Assembly (NCBI GenBank): GCA_030704615.1
Contig: CM060731.1
Coordinates: forward strand, 93,248,001-93,312,000
DNA: 64,000 nt
DNA from: Takakia lepidozioides
Lineage: Eukaryota; Plantae; Bryophyta
Reading direction: 5' to 3'
Shown: positions 13,746-24,839 of the stretch, piece by piece
How positions within the stretch are numbered: the first letter of the stretch is position 1
How the letters are laid out: each line of letters starts with the position of its first letter
Translations under genes and position numbers: made by a program
The notes under the pieces: generated by a model
Database searches by the model: none
What the model was told of the DNA's origin: nothing
Seen by the model: the letters and a program-made list of their open reading frames with translations, nothing else

Positions 13746-14967
13746 CGGGCCTAGTCAAGGACATCTGTCCTTCGAGCCGCCATTCTTCCTCGCATGGAGG
13801 AACCCTGGGGCTGACTCCATGTACACTGATGTCATCGTGAAGGAGTGACATCTGGAACATTTGCGCGACTGCCCTTGGTATGTGGACCTTCCGCCCGGCT
13901 CGCTTGACCCATCCGAGTTTCAATTCAAGCTGGATGTTGAGGCTCGACGAAACCGGGCTCTGCTGCCTCCGCTGGGTCCAAAGGAGGCAAGAGCGCTTGC
14001 CCAGTCCAGGAAAGCGGCAAAGCTTGCTCAGGCAGGTATTCAAGAGAAATTGAATGAGAAGAATAAAGGACAAAAGAAAAGGACACGGAAACAGGGGAGT
14101 ACAGTAACCCCCAAAAAACAGAAAACCACCGGGGCACGAGAGAAGGCGCAGGAGGGGCCCCAAGGGAGTGACTCCGATGACGACTTTGTGCAAGGTCCTG
14201 CGACTGCTGTTGCTGCTACCAAGTCACCGGTCGTCCGGGTTTTCAAGTCAGTTCGGTCTAGGACTGGCTCTGCCAAGAAGTTGGCATTTGAGGGCCCGCT
14301 TTGTCCCTCAGGTGTCTCAATGTGGGCAGGGACATTGTCCGACAGGCATGTCTTCGCCTTCGAGCCAGATACTGCCCTCCACAACTCCGAACTTGCAGCG
14401 GCTGAACGTCTGCCGAAAGAGGAAGAGGCATCCTCGGAGGATGAGGAAGAATCCGACAAGGAGCAGGGGGAGGTACAAGTTGGGATCGAGGCCGAGGAGC
14501 TCCCGGTGTATGAGTGAGTGGTCGCATTGTAAGTTGCCTCCTGATTTCGTGAGGCACCTCCCTTCGCTCTCTTATTTCATTGAAAGACCCTTTTTTGTTT
14601 CTCCTGGTATTGACAATCTTAAAGTGGATTTGTTCTTACTGCAGGATGCCAAGTACTTTAGGAGGGACGTCTACACCGCAGTTCATGGGCAGGAGGAACG
14701 TGCATTTTTTTGCCAGGGGGGATTTCATGCCTAGTCCATAAAGGAACTACATCCTTCCTACTTATGTTGCCCGGCTTGCTTCGGTGTCCATTAGGAGGTC
14801 TTCCGAACCTAGTCGTGTACAACAGATTTTAGACGAGGCAAGCCTCAAGAAAATGAAGATGAGGGAGGAGGCATCAGCTATAAGAGCCCGTCAGGCTCGT
14901 AGATTTGTCTTGGATTCTGCTGAGGAAAGTGGGGGAGAAGAGGCAGAAGATTCCCAGGAGGTGAGGT

Positions 14968-15212
14968 AGAGGCTTCAGTGGAACATGTGCACCACTGCGC
15001 AAGCGATACATCACGCATTCGTGAGGGGATCATATGACTATATGTATGCAGAGCGATATCTACATGGAGAGGCGCCGGATGGACACGTGCGCCACTGCGG
15101 ATTTGACACGTCATTTTTTAAATATTTTTGAATAATATTTTTAATTTTAATAAATCAAATTACAAAATTACAAAATTTAGATTATTAATTGATTTAAATT
15201 CTTCATTATGTT
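14968..15212. mobile_element. ~245-bp insertion in the last exon, probably a truncated end of an unrelated DNA transposon
   Basis: Absent from the homologous site at 32690-32700. GC-rich start followed by an AT-rich tract; no TSD. Confidence 0.5.
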
Positions 15213-15528
15213 TTCCCCCAAGGAGAGGACGGAATTTTTGAGAGGCATAGTGGAACTGATGCATCACAGAGCTTGGAGGATGGGGGGGATGAGGAGGAAG
15301 GCGGGGCAAGTTCCTCGGAGGGTGTAGGAGAGTAGTGCCGATTCCGGCTATGACAATTATGACACACTTGTATAGATGTGGCTTGCCACAAAATTTGTAA
15401 TAAAATGTTGCATTTCATTGCTATGACGAGTCCATTGGTGCCAAATTCCAACTTGATATGACCCTATTTCCGTGCCTCCTAACCCTATTTCCGTGGACAC
15501 ACAATGGTCCGCTCATGATTTTTTTTTT

Positions 15529-15567
15529 TCCGCTCATGCTCATGCCGCTCATGAAATAGCAACCCCC
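15529..15567 (-). repeat. Right terminal inverted repeat of copy A
   Basis: tccgctcatgctcatgccgctcatgaaatagcaaccccc. Confidence 0.85.
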
Positions 15568-16774
15568 TTCCGTCGTACTCTCGCTGCAGGTCCTCCTGTC
15601 CACCAACGAAAGGTTTTAGTTTGCCCTCCCGCCCCAAGTTGGGCAATCCAAACATGCGATGAGTAGCGGCTTTTGGAGTCACTGCTCGAGCAGTTGGAGC
15701 TGTTGATGATACCACCAGCGTGTCGGGCTCGTCATCACTTTGTCATCCCCAAAAATCGTGAGAACCAACATCAGAATGAAAACCACCATCGCAACGAGCA
15801 GCGCAACCACCATCGCAACATTCGAGGAACAACAATGAAAACAAAACAAAACCAAGTATGGAGTGGCATGGAACAACAATGAAAAACAAATCCAACCAAT
15901 GCCTAAGAATGACATGCACAAGCAGCCTTCTCCAGAGCTGCCGGCTTTGCACACGCATTGCAAACTATCTAAGGTTCACTCAACCAGTAACTTGCAGAAA
16001 TCAACATGAAACACGATGAACAAATGAACACAAATTCCATAAGACGGGAAAACAGGGTTAAATGTTTTGAAGGCACTTCATCTGCTCAGACAATCTTCTC
16101 AGCTCAGCATGGATTTCCTTAATTCCGAGATGCAACCTATTATCTACAGCGAGGTGTGCACTCTATCTGGCAAGCAATCTGATTGCAGCAACGACCTGGC
16201 TCCTTTCTAACCACTCTGACCTTGATCATTCTTCTCAACAACTCGTGGTTTTGCGATGCAACCATGCGCTTCCAGGGCTTCCAGGCAGAAGATGTGAAAA
16301 CAAACTAAAAAAACGAAGAAAACCGAAAGAGGAAGGGGCGGAACCTGAGAGTGCTCGGCTTCAGTTGGCACGGGCTGTGAGCAAGACAATGGAATTTCCT
16401 ACAGGAGCTTAAGTTTGGCCATGCGAGAGGTTGGACGTCGCCCATAGTACAAAGCCTTCAGCTTTCGCCGCGGTCTGGATGTGGGGTTTCTCTCAGGAGA
16501 GCCACGCCCTTCTCCACGCGAAATAAGTCCCAGCAAAAGAAAAAAGATCTCGCAGTATGTGTGCGTACATGCCTCGAATAGAAGTTCATCCAAGTTTAGC
16601 ATCAGGTTTCCAAGGCGTATCCGAGAAGCAAGCGCGGAATCCCTATGTCGCCAGCCTGGTTCAAAAACGACGGCAGAGGACATTTAATGCGCAACTACGC
16701 CATTAAATGTCGTAGGTATGGAGGTCGGTCACAGGCGCCCACCCTCCCCCGAGACTTCGTCAATCGCCCGTTGG

Positions 16775-17900
16775 ATGGAAAAAATCGGCGCCAAATTTCC
16801 ATCCAGCGGATGAAGTATGACGCAACGAGGCCATCCCTCCGCCCGAGCCGTTCTCATCCAGGAGACGCCGGATGGAAATCCGGCGCCGCATTTCCATCCT
16901 GCAGGTAATTCGGAGCGCGGCCGGATGGAAATCCGGCGCCGAATTTCCATCCCAGAGGTAATTCCGAGCGCGGCCGGATGGAAATCCGGCGCCGAATTTC
17001 CATCCGCCAGGTAATTCAGAGCGCAGCCGGATGGAAATCTGGCGCCGAATTTCCATCCCAGAGGTAATTCGGAGCGCGGCCGGATGGAAATCTGGCGCCG
17101 AATTTCCATCCGCCAGGTAATTCGGAGCGCGGCCGGATGGAAAAACGGCGCCGAATTTCCATCCCAGAGGTAATTCGGAGCGTGGCCGGATGGAAATCCG
17201 GTGCCGAATTTCCATCCCACAGGTAACACGGATAGAAGCCGGATGGGAAACCGGCGCCGAATTTCCATCCTGCAAGTAATTCGGTCCACCTCATCGATGG
17301 AAAACCGGTAACGAATTTGTCTTTAGCGGACCAGAATGGTGGGAATAACGTGCCAAATGTGGCCTGTAGGCAAAAAACACCAAGTTTAGTGTGTAACCAG
17401 ACAAAAAAACGCGAAAAACTTGATGCAACGACTAAAAATTGTTGAAGAAGTGCCGATACGGGCTTCATTCAACGGGCCTCGGATGGAAATTCGGCGCCGA
17501 ATTTCCATCCGGGGGATGTTCTCTGTCGGCCATGTGTCGGCCTCTCCCCCCGAGACGACTTCATCCAACGGGCCTCGGATGGAAATTCGGCGCCGTTTTT
17601 CCATCCGGGGGATGTTCTCTGTCGGCCATGTGTCGGCCTCTCCCCCCGAGACGACTTCATCCAACGGGCCGCGGATGGAAATTCGGCGCCGTTTTTCCAT
17701 CCGGGGGATGTTCTCTATCGGCCAGGTGTCGGCCTCTCCCCCCGAGACGACTTCATCCAACGGGCCTCGGATGGAAATTCGGCGCCATTTTTCCATCCAG
17801 GGGATGTTCTTTGTCGGCCAGGTGTCAGCCTCTCCCCCCGAGACGACTTCATCCAACAGGCCTTGGATGGAAATTCGGCGCCGTTTTTCCATCCGGGGGA
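16775..17900. repeat. Central palindrome array of the inverted copy (8 sites at 53 bp, 5 sites at 96 bp)
   Basis: Sites at 16870+53n to 17241 and 17481+96n to 17865. Perfect 32-bp palindrome at 17480-17511. Confidence 0.95.
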
Positions 17901-18406
17901 TATTCTCTGTCGGCCCGGTGACTGACTCACCCCCGAGACGACTTCGTTCGACCGGCCTCGGCTGCAAATTCAGCGCCGCTGTTGTATGTTGACGATTGGC
18001 AACGAGGTTCTGGCACTCAATCTTGTAATCAGACCCACTGGAATGCCACCTCTGTCAGTTCCCTCTGTCCATGGCGAAGGTGCTTGCACGCTCGCCCCCC
18101 CCCCCCCCCCCACGCTTCTTGTTAGACGCCGTAATGATTGGTTTGCCCAGCGCATCTGCACAGGTCATATACCTTCTGACTGCATACCGTTGGCAGTTAT
18201 TGTGCAAAGGCCAGGGGTCGCATTCAGCATACAAGGTTCATTAACTCTCTGACAACGGACTTTCGGGAGAGTGGGCTCCCCGGATTCGTGAATAGGCTTC
18301 GTCGCTTGCAAAAATCGGCCCTGCATTCCTTCCCCTCGCTGCATCCCCCCTTCTCCCAAGGCGCTTGTCCGAACGCCGTCCTGGCAGTCTTGTGTGCACA
18401 ACTCCC

Positions 18407-20854
18407 ATGGCAGAAAACCCAAGCGCTATAGTGTACTGCCCTCCTCACGAGCATAGAGCTACATTTCCGTGTAGAGGGGAGATCTGCCGGGTGATGGAGA
18501 AATATCTCTGCGTTCGATACCACCTGAAACCGGGGTCGGTATTTTTGGAGGAGGAAAGGAAAGATTCAAACGGAGTTGTAGTCGAAAGTATTGTTGTGCT
18601 CCACGATGATTTCGGCGACGGCAGGGAATGGCGAGTTCCACCATCGGACTGCGTCATATACAGGGCTGTTGGGGACTTCATTTGCCCCCCAAATGTGCCT
18701 TCTATCCTGCCGTCTTCCACGAAACAATCAGCGAATCAGAGAGTGGGTACCTCAAAGAGAGAAGTCCGCAACGAAGTAAATCCAGAGCCGAACCCATCAA
18801 TGAAGATGAGCGAGAACCGGGTTGTTCACAACTTGTCCGACTCCGACGAGATCATGGAAGTTCCGAGATCATCCTGGAGATCAGGCAAGTCCTCGATGGA
18901 CATCAGCGGACGAGGGAGTCATATTCCCAGCACGAACACATCAGTTCGATCCATTCTTGAAATTCTGCGAGGGCTTCACATGGAGGGACACCGCTCAGAG
19001 CTGGCTGGGCTGGACTATAGCAAGTTCGCCATTAAATCCATTACATGCCTTCCCGCAGACGTCGACGGTAATATCTTCTTTGAGTTCCCTCCTCGAACGG
19101 ACTATTCGAGGGCGTCCGGAATGTTGACAAATATGGATAGGAAACATGACGGCCATCCTTGGTGTGTCACCAAAACCACCAGCATGAAGATGCTCGATGG
19201 TGTGCGGCTGCGCTACGTTGTTTGTGCGGGCGCATTGCGGTGTTTCTCCCCAACTTGCTTCCACTTTAAATCCAGAGGTCACAGGAACGAGACGGATTGG
19301 ACAGGCACAGCTCATCAACCATTTCGAGCTCAGGAGAAGGTTCCAAACTCCACATTTAAGGGTGCGCATTGCAAAGAACCACCACATTGCATGTCTGTTT
19401 GTAATGCCAAGCAGTTCTATGTGTTGCACCGTTTCCCTGACCTCACACGAGCTTGCATACACGTTGGTTCCCATTGTCACAAATTGGCGAGGGGGAACTC
19501 GCGGGAGGCTGCCCACGAGGCAGAGCAGCTCGTTCAGGAGGAGGTTAGGTTGAGACCTGGTGCCAAACCCAAACAGATACAGCTGCAGGCCGCCCATAAG
19601 ATGGCATTGGCCAGAATTATGTCGGAAGACGGCTCCGACAGAGTTCCTCTCGATGAGAAGGAAATGGAGGCATTGCTGGAGTCGGTGTCCCACGTCTGTT
19701 CACCGAATGTCCGAAACCACATTGTCTCCTGCAAACAGAAAATTAGGCGTGGCTCGGATATGCACTCCATTCTGCAGGTGAAGCGACGATGTGGATATGA
19801 CTACATTCATGGAAGTAGGTTTCCAGGACAAGGGACTGAGGCAGATCGTTGTTTTGTATTCAAAATGTCCACGTGTGGGCCTGGCAGCGGCGCGAACTGG
19901 TCGACCGGATGACGAGTGGGGACTTGTCAAACAGTTGGGTCATGTTCGACCATATCAAGCGAATTACAAATCACCAATGGGTGACAATGGCTGCACATGT
20001 CTACGACACCCACTGCAGGATGCTAATGACAATTGCTATTTGTGAGATGAAAGGAGAGGACACACAATCGGAGATGCTTCTTTGGCATGGAATAAATGAA
20101 CAGATGGCCAGGGCGGGATTGCCCCCTCCCAATTTTCGTGGTTTCATGGCGGACAACGAACAAGCAAATTGGGCTGCCATCTGAAGGGTGTACGGGAAAG
20201 ACCCCAATGTTCCGATGGAAGGCAAGGAGAGGTCTTGTGGGTTCCATTTTTTGCAGAGCTTGTCGCAGTACACAACCCGGCTCATGGCGCTAGATTTCAG
20301 AGAGGAGCACCGTTCCATGTGTCTTGCGTGGAAGCGTGCTCCCACCTTGGATGATGCAGAGACACAATTTGCATGTATACGGGCTTGGTGGACAACGTCA
20401 GGTGCTGTAAAGAAATCAGACGAGTTAGCAATGGTCAGTTGGCTAGCATGGTGGCATTATCGTTTCCTCCAGTTCGGCGACTATATGCGGGGGGAGGTGA
20501 GTTGGACGAATTCGTGTCACGTTGAATATTATGCTACTCATTCTTTGTAACTTGCTTGTAACCTCAACATGTGTGTGCAGGAAATGTATCTGGACTCCGA
20601 CACCAACATGCCAACAACAAACATGGCCGAATCAGTACATTCTTCCTGGCGTGCCTCCTCTGCGGCGCATCTGCACAGACTTCTCGTTGATGGAAGCAAA
20701 GAAGGGGTCAAAGTATTATCCGTGCAAGCATCTGTATTACATTTACCTGAAGAGGTTGAGGATGAACTTGACTATTGATGACTTTATTCATGCACCAACG
20801 TTGAGCGTGAATGAGCTGCACAAACTCCTCCGCCGGGATTCCAGAAATCATTGA
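18407..20854 (+). pseudogene. MULE transposase copy with GCM-like domain and a ~1.15 kb internal deletion before SWIM
   Basis: ORF open to 19912. Shares the frameshift (~19892) and TGA (20182-20184) with copy A. Intron 20497-20580; deletion junction ~20672. Confidence 0.88.
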
Positions 20855-23459
20855 TGGGGAAAAGGGAATCCACCATATGGATATTTGCAATTGCATTTTT
20901 ATGCATTAGACTTTGTTTTGCAGTGTAATGAATTGCACCCCAAAACTCCTGGAACGAGACAGACAATATTAAAGTGATGTCTTTTAAACACTAGGGACTG
21001 TTGGATATCCGTTGACGTCCAGTGGCAATTCAATGTCGAAACAGAATCAATACAAAGATGGCGGCAAGAAAAATTTGCAAATCTTTCAGAAAACTGAGTT
21101 CCAACAGTTGCAGTTGAGGGGGCCATTTCTGGAAAAATGGTGCGGAATTTCCCTTTTTTGGGCCGAAAACTAGCTAAGTCCCAACATTGTCTGGAGACGA
21201 TGTCTGGAAAAATGGCGCCGAATTTCCAGTTACATGGCCCAGAACTGCCCAACATTTGTGCAATGCCCGGCACCATGTACCGAAATTCGGCGCCACATTT
21301 CCAAATTTTGGGCTTACACTTCAATGAAGTTGGGACCTATAACCGCGAAATTCGGCACCATTTTTCGCCGGAGTCACCTATTACCGCGCAATACGTCGCC
21401 GATTTTTCTGCTTGCGGAACCTATTACCGCAAAATTCGATGCCATTTTTGCAGATGTCGCTCGGAATTCGCATGAGCGGAAAACGAAATATCATGAGCAC
21501 GGCTCTCAAAACTACAATTTCTACTTCAAACAATGAATATTATATTGGTTTTTTTTTTTTTTTTTTTGGACACATCCCATTCAAATAATGTTTTTAATGT
21601 TTTTTATTTGCAGAATTTGTACTTCTCCTCATGAAAACCGATTGTCTTACTACTCCGCTCATGCCGCTCATGCTCAGGAAATAGCTAACCTCCGACAAAA
21701 TAGGCATTGGGGAGGTTGGTGCAGGCGGCATGGCAGGTGACGGGCATCGGATGAGGACAACAGATCTGGCAATGGAGGATGTTGATGCACATGCAGTAGG
21801 GCCCGCCCACGCAAAGAAGAAGAAGAAAGCCAAGCACATGCAATCCCCGGCGAGAGAGCCATCACGGGCTGTGGAGAGGGGAGTGAGCAGGGCGCGCAAG
21901 GGTGTCAGTTCGCCTCAATCAAAGGTGGTCGTCCTGGAGGCCTCCCCTGCTGCTACCCCTAGTAAGAAACAGAAAGCCCGTGAGAGGGCAAAAGAATAGA
22001 CGAGACAGAAGGCTAGCCAGGAGGCAAGAGAAAAGGCCACTGAAGAGGCCAGGGGTGTCGAAATGACAGATGCCCATGTAAGCGAGGGACGCACAAAGAC
22101 GGTGGATCCCTCCAAGACACCACAAAGAGGCAGTAACACACCGGTTACACCATCGCGGGCAGGAGCAGCCCCCACAATTACCCATACGGTGGAGACTGGA
22201 GGAGGTGAAAGAACACCACAAAGAGCACGGATTGTGCAAGTTCGAGGTGAAGCCGGGGAGAGGGCAGTAGAGACAGAGAGAGTGCTCCAGGTGCTTCCGC
22301 CAGAGGATGACCATGTTGAGGACGACAAGAGGGAGCTTTCTGACCAGGATGACATCCTCCCGGACATCCCCAGGCCCCAAACCCGGAGCATACAGGCTGG
22401 ATTTGGCGGTCCGGGTGGGCTGCCGGAGAACCCCCCTGCAACAGACGTCATGTCGGAGGCGGATATGAAGTTGGCCGCTGCCAAGATGTTGGAGGCAACC
22501 CACAGCAACATTGGCAGGGTCCTGGGGGGCATGGTGTACCCGGCCAAGCTTCGGATTCCCCTTTGCCGCTTGGTTTCATTGCAGGTGGTCAGACCTGCCC
22601 TCCCAGGCGATATCGACAAGCTGAAATTCTCTTTCCGGGAGGGATATCGAATGGGGGTCTGCCGCGTTTTACGTTTCCATGGAGAACGACCACGGAGCTT
22701 CTCGTGCCCACACTTCCGATGAGGTGGACAAATGGGGTCCCCATTGGCAAAGGGAGGAGTTCGAGAGATTGATTGCTACTGATCCTCTTTTCCAGCACTT
22801 GTCCGGAAAGATGTTTAACGTGTGGGACGGCAATCATCGCCTCCTGGCATGGATGGAGTACATAGCCCAAGCCCACCCCAACGACCTGGATTGGCATTTT
22901 GCCGTGGAGTGTGTTGTGCTCAAGGTTGCGGGGCCCAAAGATCGCAGTCTTCTCAAAGCGGCAATGGCAGACATCAACTCGTAAGTTACAATGCTTCTTG
23001 CTTTGGAACTTTGAATGTGAAACAGTCATTTCATTGCCAATCGTCATATTTGTTGCAAATTATCATTTCTGTATTGTTTAATGGAAATGTGGCATTGCAG
23101 GGTGACTGAGAATGCCTTCATTGCCACCAACTTGTCCCATATGCTCTTTCCGAGTGAATGATGTCGGGAAGCAGGGGGTGCAAGAGTTTGCCAATTCGCT
23201 CGGTGCCGACCTCCTGCGCAAGTCGGAGGCAAAGGCAGACAGAACCTGGTATAGGCTGAGCATGGACGCCATGGTGGACTACATATTTCGGGTAAAGCTC
23301 CTCACTGTTTTGTTGAGCTAATCTGTGATAGGCTGTGTCACGTTTGTTTTGCCCGCCCTGGTCATATATGCTGGGCCTAGCGACAAGTGCTCCATACTCC
23401 GTTCGTAACACTGGTGCAGCCCGTGACTGCTCTTGCGGTTCAACATGCAAATCATGCTG

Positions 23460-24786
23460 CAAGGGTTTGTCATGGATACCACTGTACCCCTTCAACTTAT
23501 TGGCATTGACTCTTCCCAGCATTTCTTTGTTAATGGTTTGTAACATGGCGGTGTTGTTATCATACATCTTTTGTATGACATAAGGTCCTTTCCATGGTGA
23601 TTTAAGCTTAGAAGCTTGAATCTTTCCTTTCTTCTGCAACCATAGAACCAAATCCCCCGTCTTAAAGTCTTTAACTTGCCTTCATCAAACTGTTTATTTC
23701 GCTTCATCTGAATTCTGGTCATATTATCAGCTGCATCAGCACGTACATTCTTCACACACTTCCACATGGTATAATTCATGTTTCCTGACCTTGATGGAGT
23801 CTTCCCCGCAATAAATCCAATCTTTTTCTGCCCATTCTCTTTCCCACTCCGTTCTCATGGTAGGTAACAGGAATTCCACTGGAAGTAAGGCTTCCATACC
23901 ATAAACTAATTGGAATGGTGTATACTTAGTGGTGACTTTATATGAAGTCTTGTATGACCACAAAGCTGTCAGCAGCTTTGTATCCCAATCCGTTCTGTTT
24001 GCATTGACTATCTTAGCCAAGATAGTACATAGTATTTTGTTGGTAGCCTCTGCCTGCCCATTACCCTGTGGGTAATATGTTGTACTATTTCTATGCACAA
24101 TCATAAACTCTTTAGTCAACAACTCAATGGTCTCATTCATGAAGTGACTTCCCTGATCACTGATAAATTCTAAGGAACAGCCAAATCGTGTAAGTATGTT
24201 CTCGTATAGGAACCTTGCTGTGGACTTGGCTGTGTTGTCCCTCAAAGCTTTAGCTTCCACCCACTTTGTAGTATAATCAGTGGCTGTAATTATGTACCTG
24301 TTTCGTGTATTCTTGGATGGTGGGTTAATTGGTCCAACAAAGTCTAGTCCCCATTTCTGAAATGGTTCCGTAGGCATTGTAGGATGCAAGGCCATCCTTC
24401 CAAATCTCTGCAAAGGTCCTAGCCTCTGACATTCATCACACTTCTGACAATACTCGTGTACATCTTTGAACAAAGTAGGCCACCAGTATCCTGCGAGTAG
24501 TATCTTCCTACTGGTAGTCTCTTCTCCAAAATGACCTCCAGCCACTCCTTTATGAACTTCTGCCAAAACTTTATTTACTTCATGGTGGTACAAGCATCGT
24601 TTTAGTACTCCATCAGGTCCTAACTTATACATTCTGCTTCCTACCATAGTATAAGGTAAAGCTTTGATAGCGATTCTCTTCCTCTGCTCCTTACCATAAC
24701 TAGGTGGGCACTGACCATGAGCAAGGTAGTATCTGATTGGCCACTGCCAATCTAACCAGTCATCTGCACTTCCCTGCACCTCCACT
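23460..24786 (-). pseudogene. Gypsy integrase
   Basis: H..GGH..CQKCDEC zinc motif, WGLDFVGP, SDQGSHF, NGQAE, WKGPY. Confidence 0.92.
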
Positions 24787-24839
24787 CTTTCTTCCATGGG
24801 TTTACATTGTTCTTTGCCTAACCCCTAAAATGAAAACGA

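Larger units (their letters stand above)
10835..15335 (+). pseudogene. Multi-exon accessory gene with a ParB/Srx-fold domain; most of the methyltransferase-like core is deleted in this copy
   Basis: Exon 1 open to the donor at 12097 with RIPLCRL..VRPA..IDKLKFSF..G..FYV..FYVWDGNHRLLAW. Further GT-AG exons. About 570 bp deleted at 14293 relative to 31449-32020. Stop at 15333-15335. Confidence 0.8.
3668..15567. mobile_element. Mutator-like (MULE) DNA transposon, copy A, both ends present, 11.9 kb
   Basis: Termini GAGGTTAGCTATTTCATGAGC...GCTCATGAAATAGCAACCCCC. Flanks ttttgtcg / ttccgtcg versus the empty site ttctgtcg (reverse complement of 10798-10805). Contains a DDE/SWIM transposase and a divergent second gene. 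Confidence 0.88.
15576..21692. mobile_element. Inverted left half of the same MULE (promoter region, array, transposase, left TIR)
   Basis: Reverse complement of 3668-10797, ending in ..gaaatagctaacctc at 21692. Confidence 0.9.
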
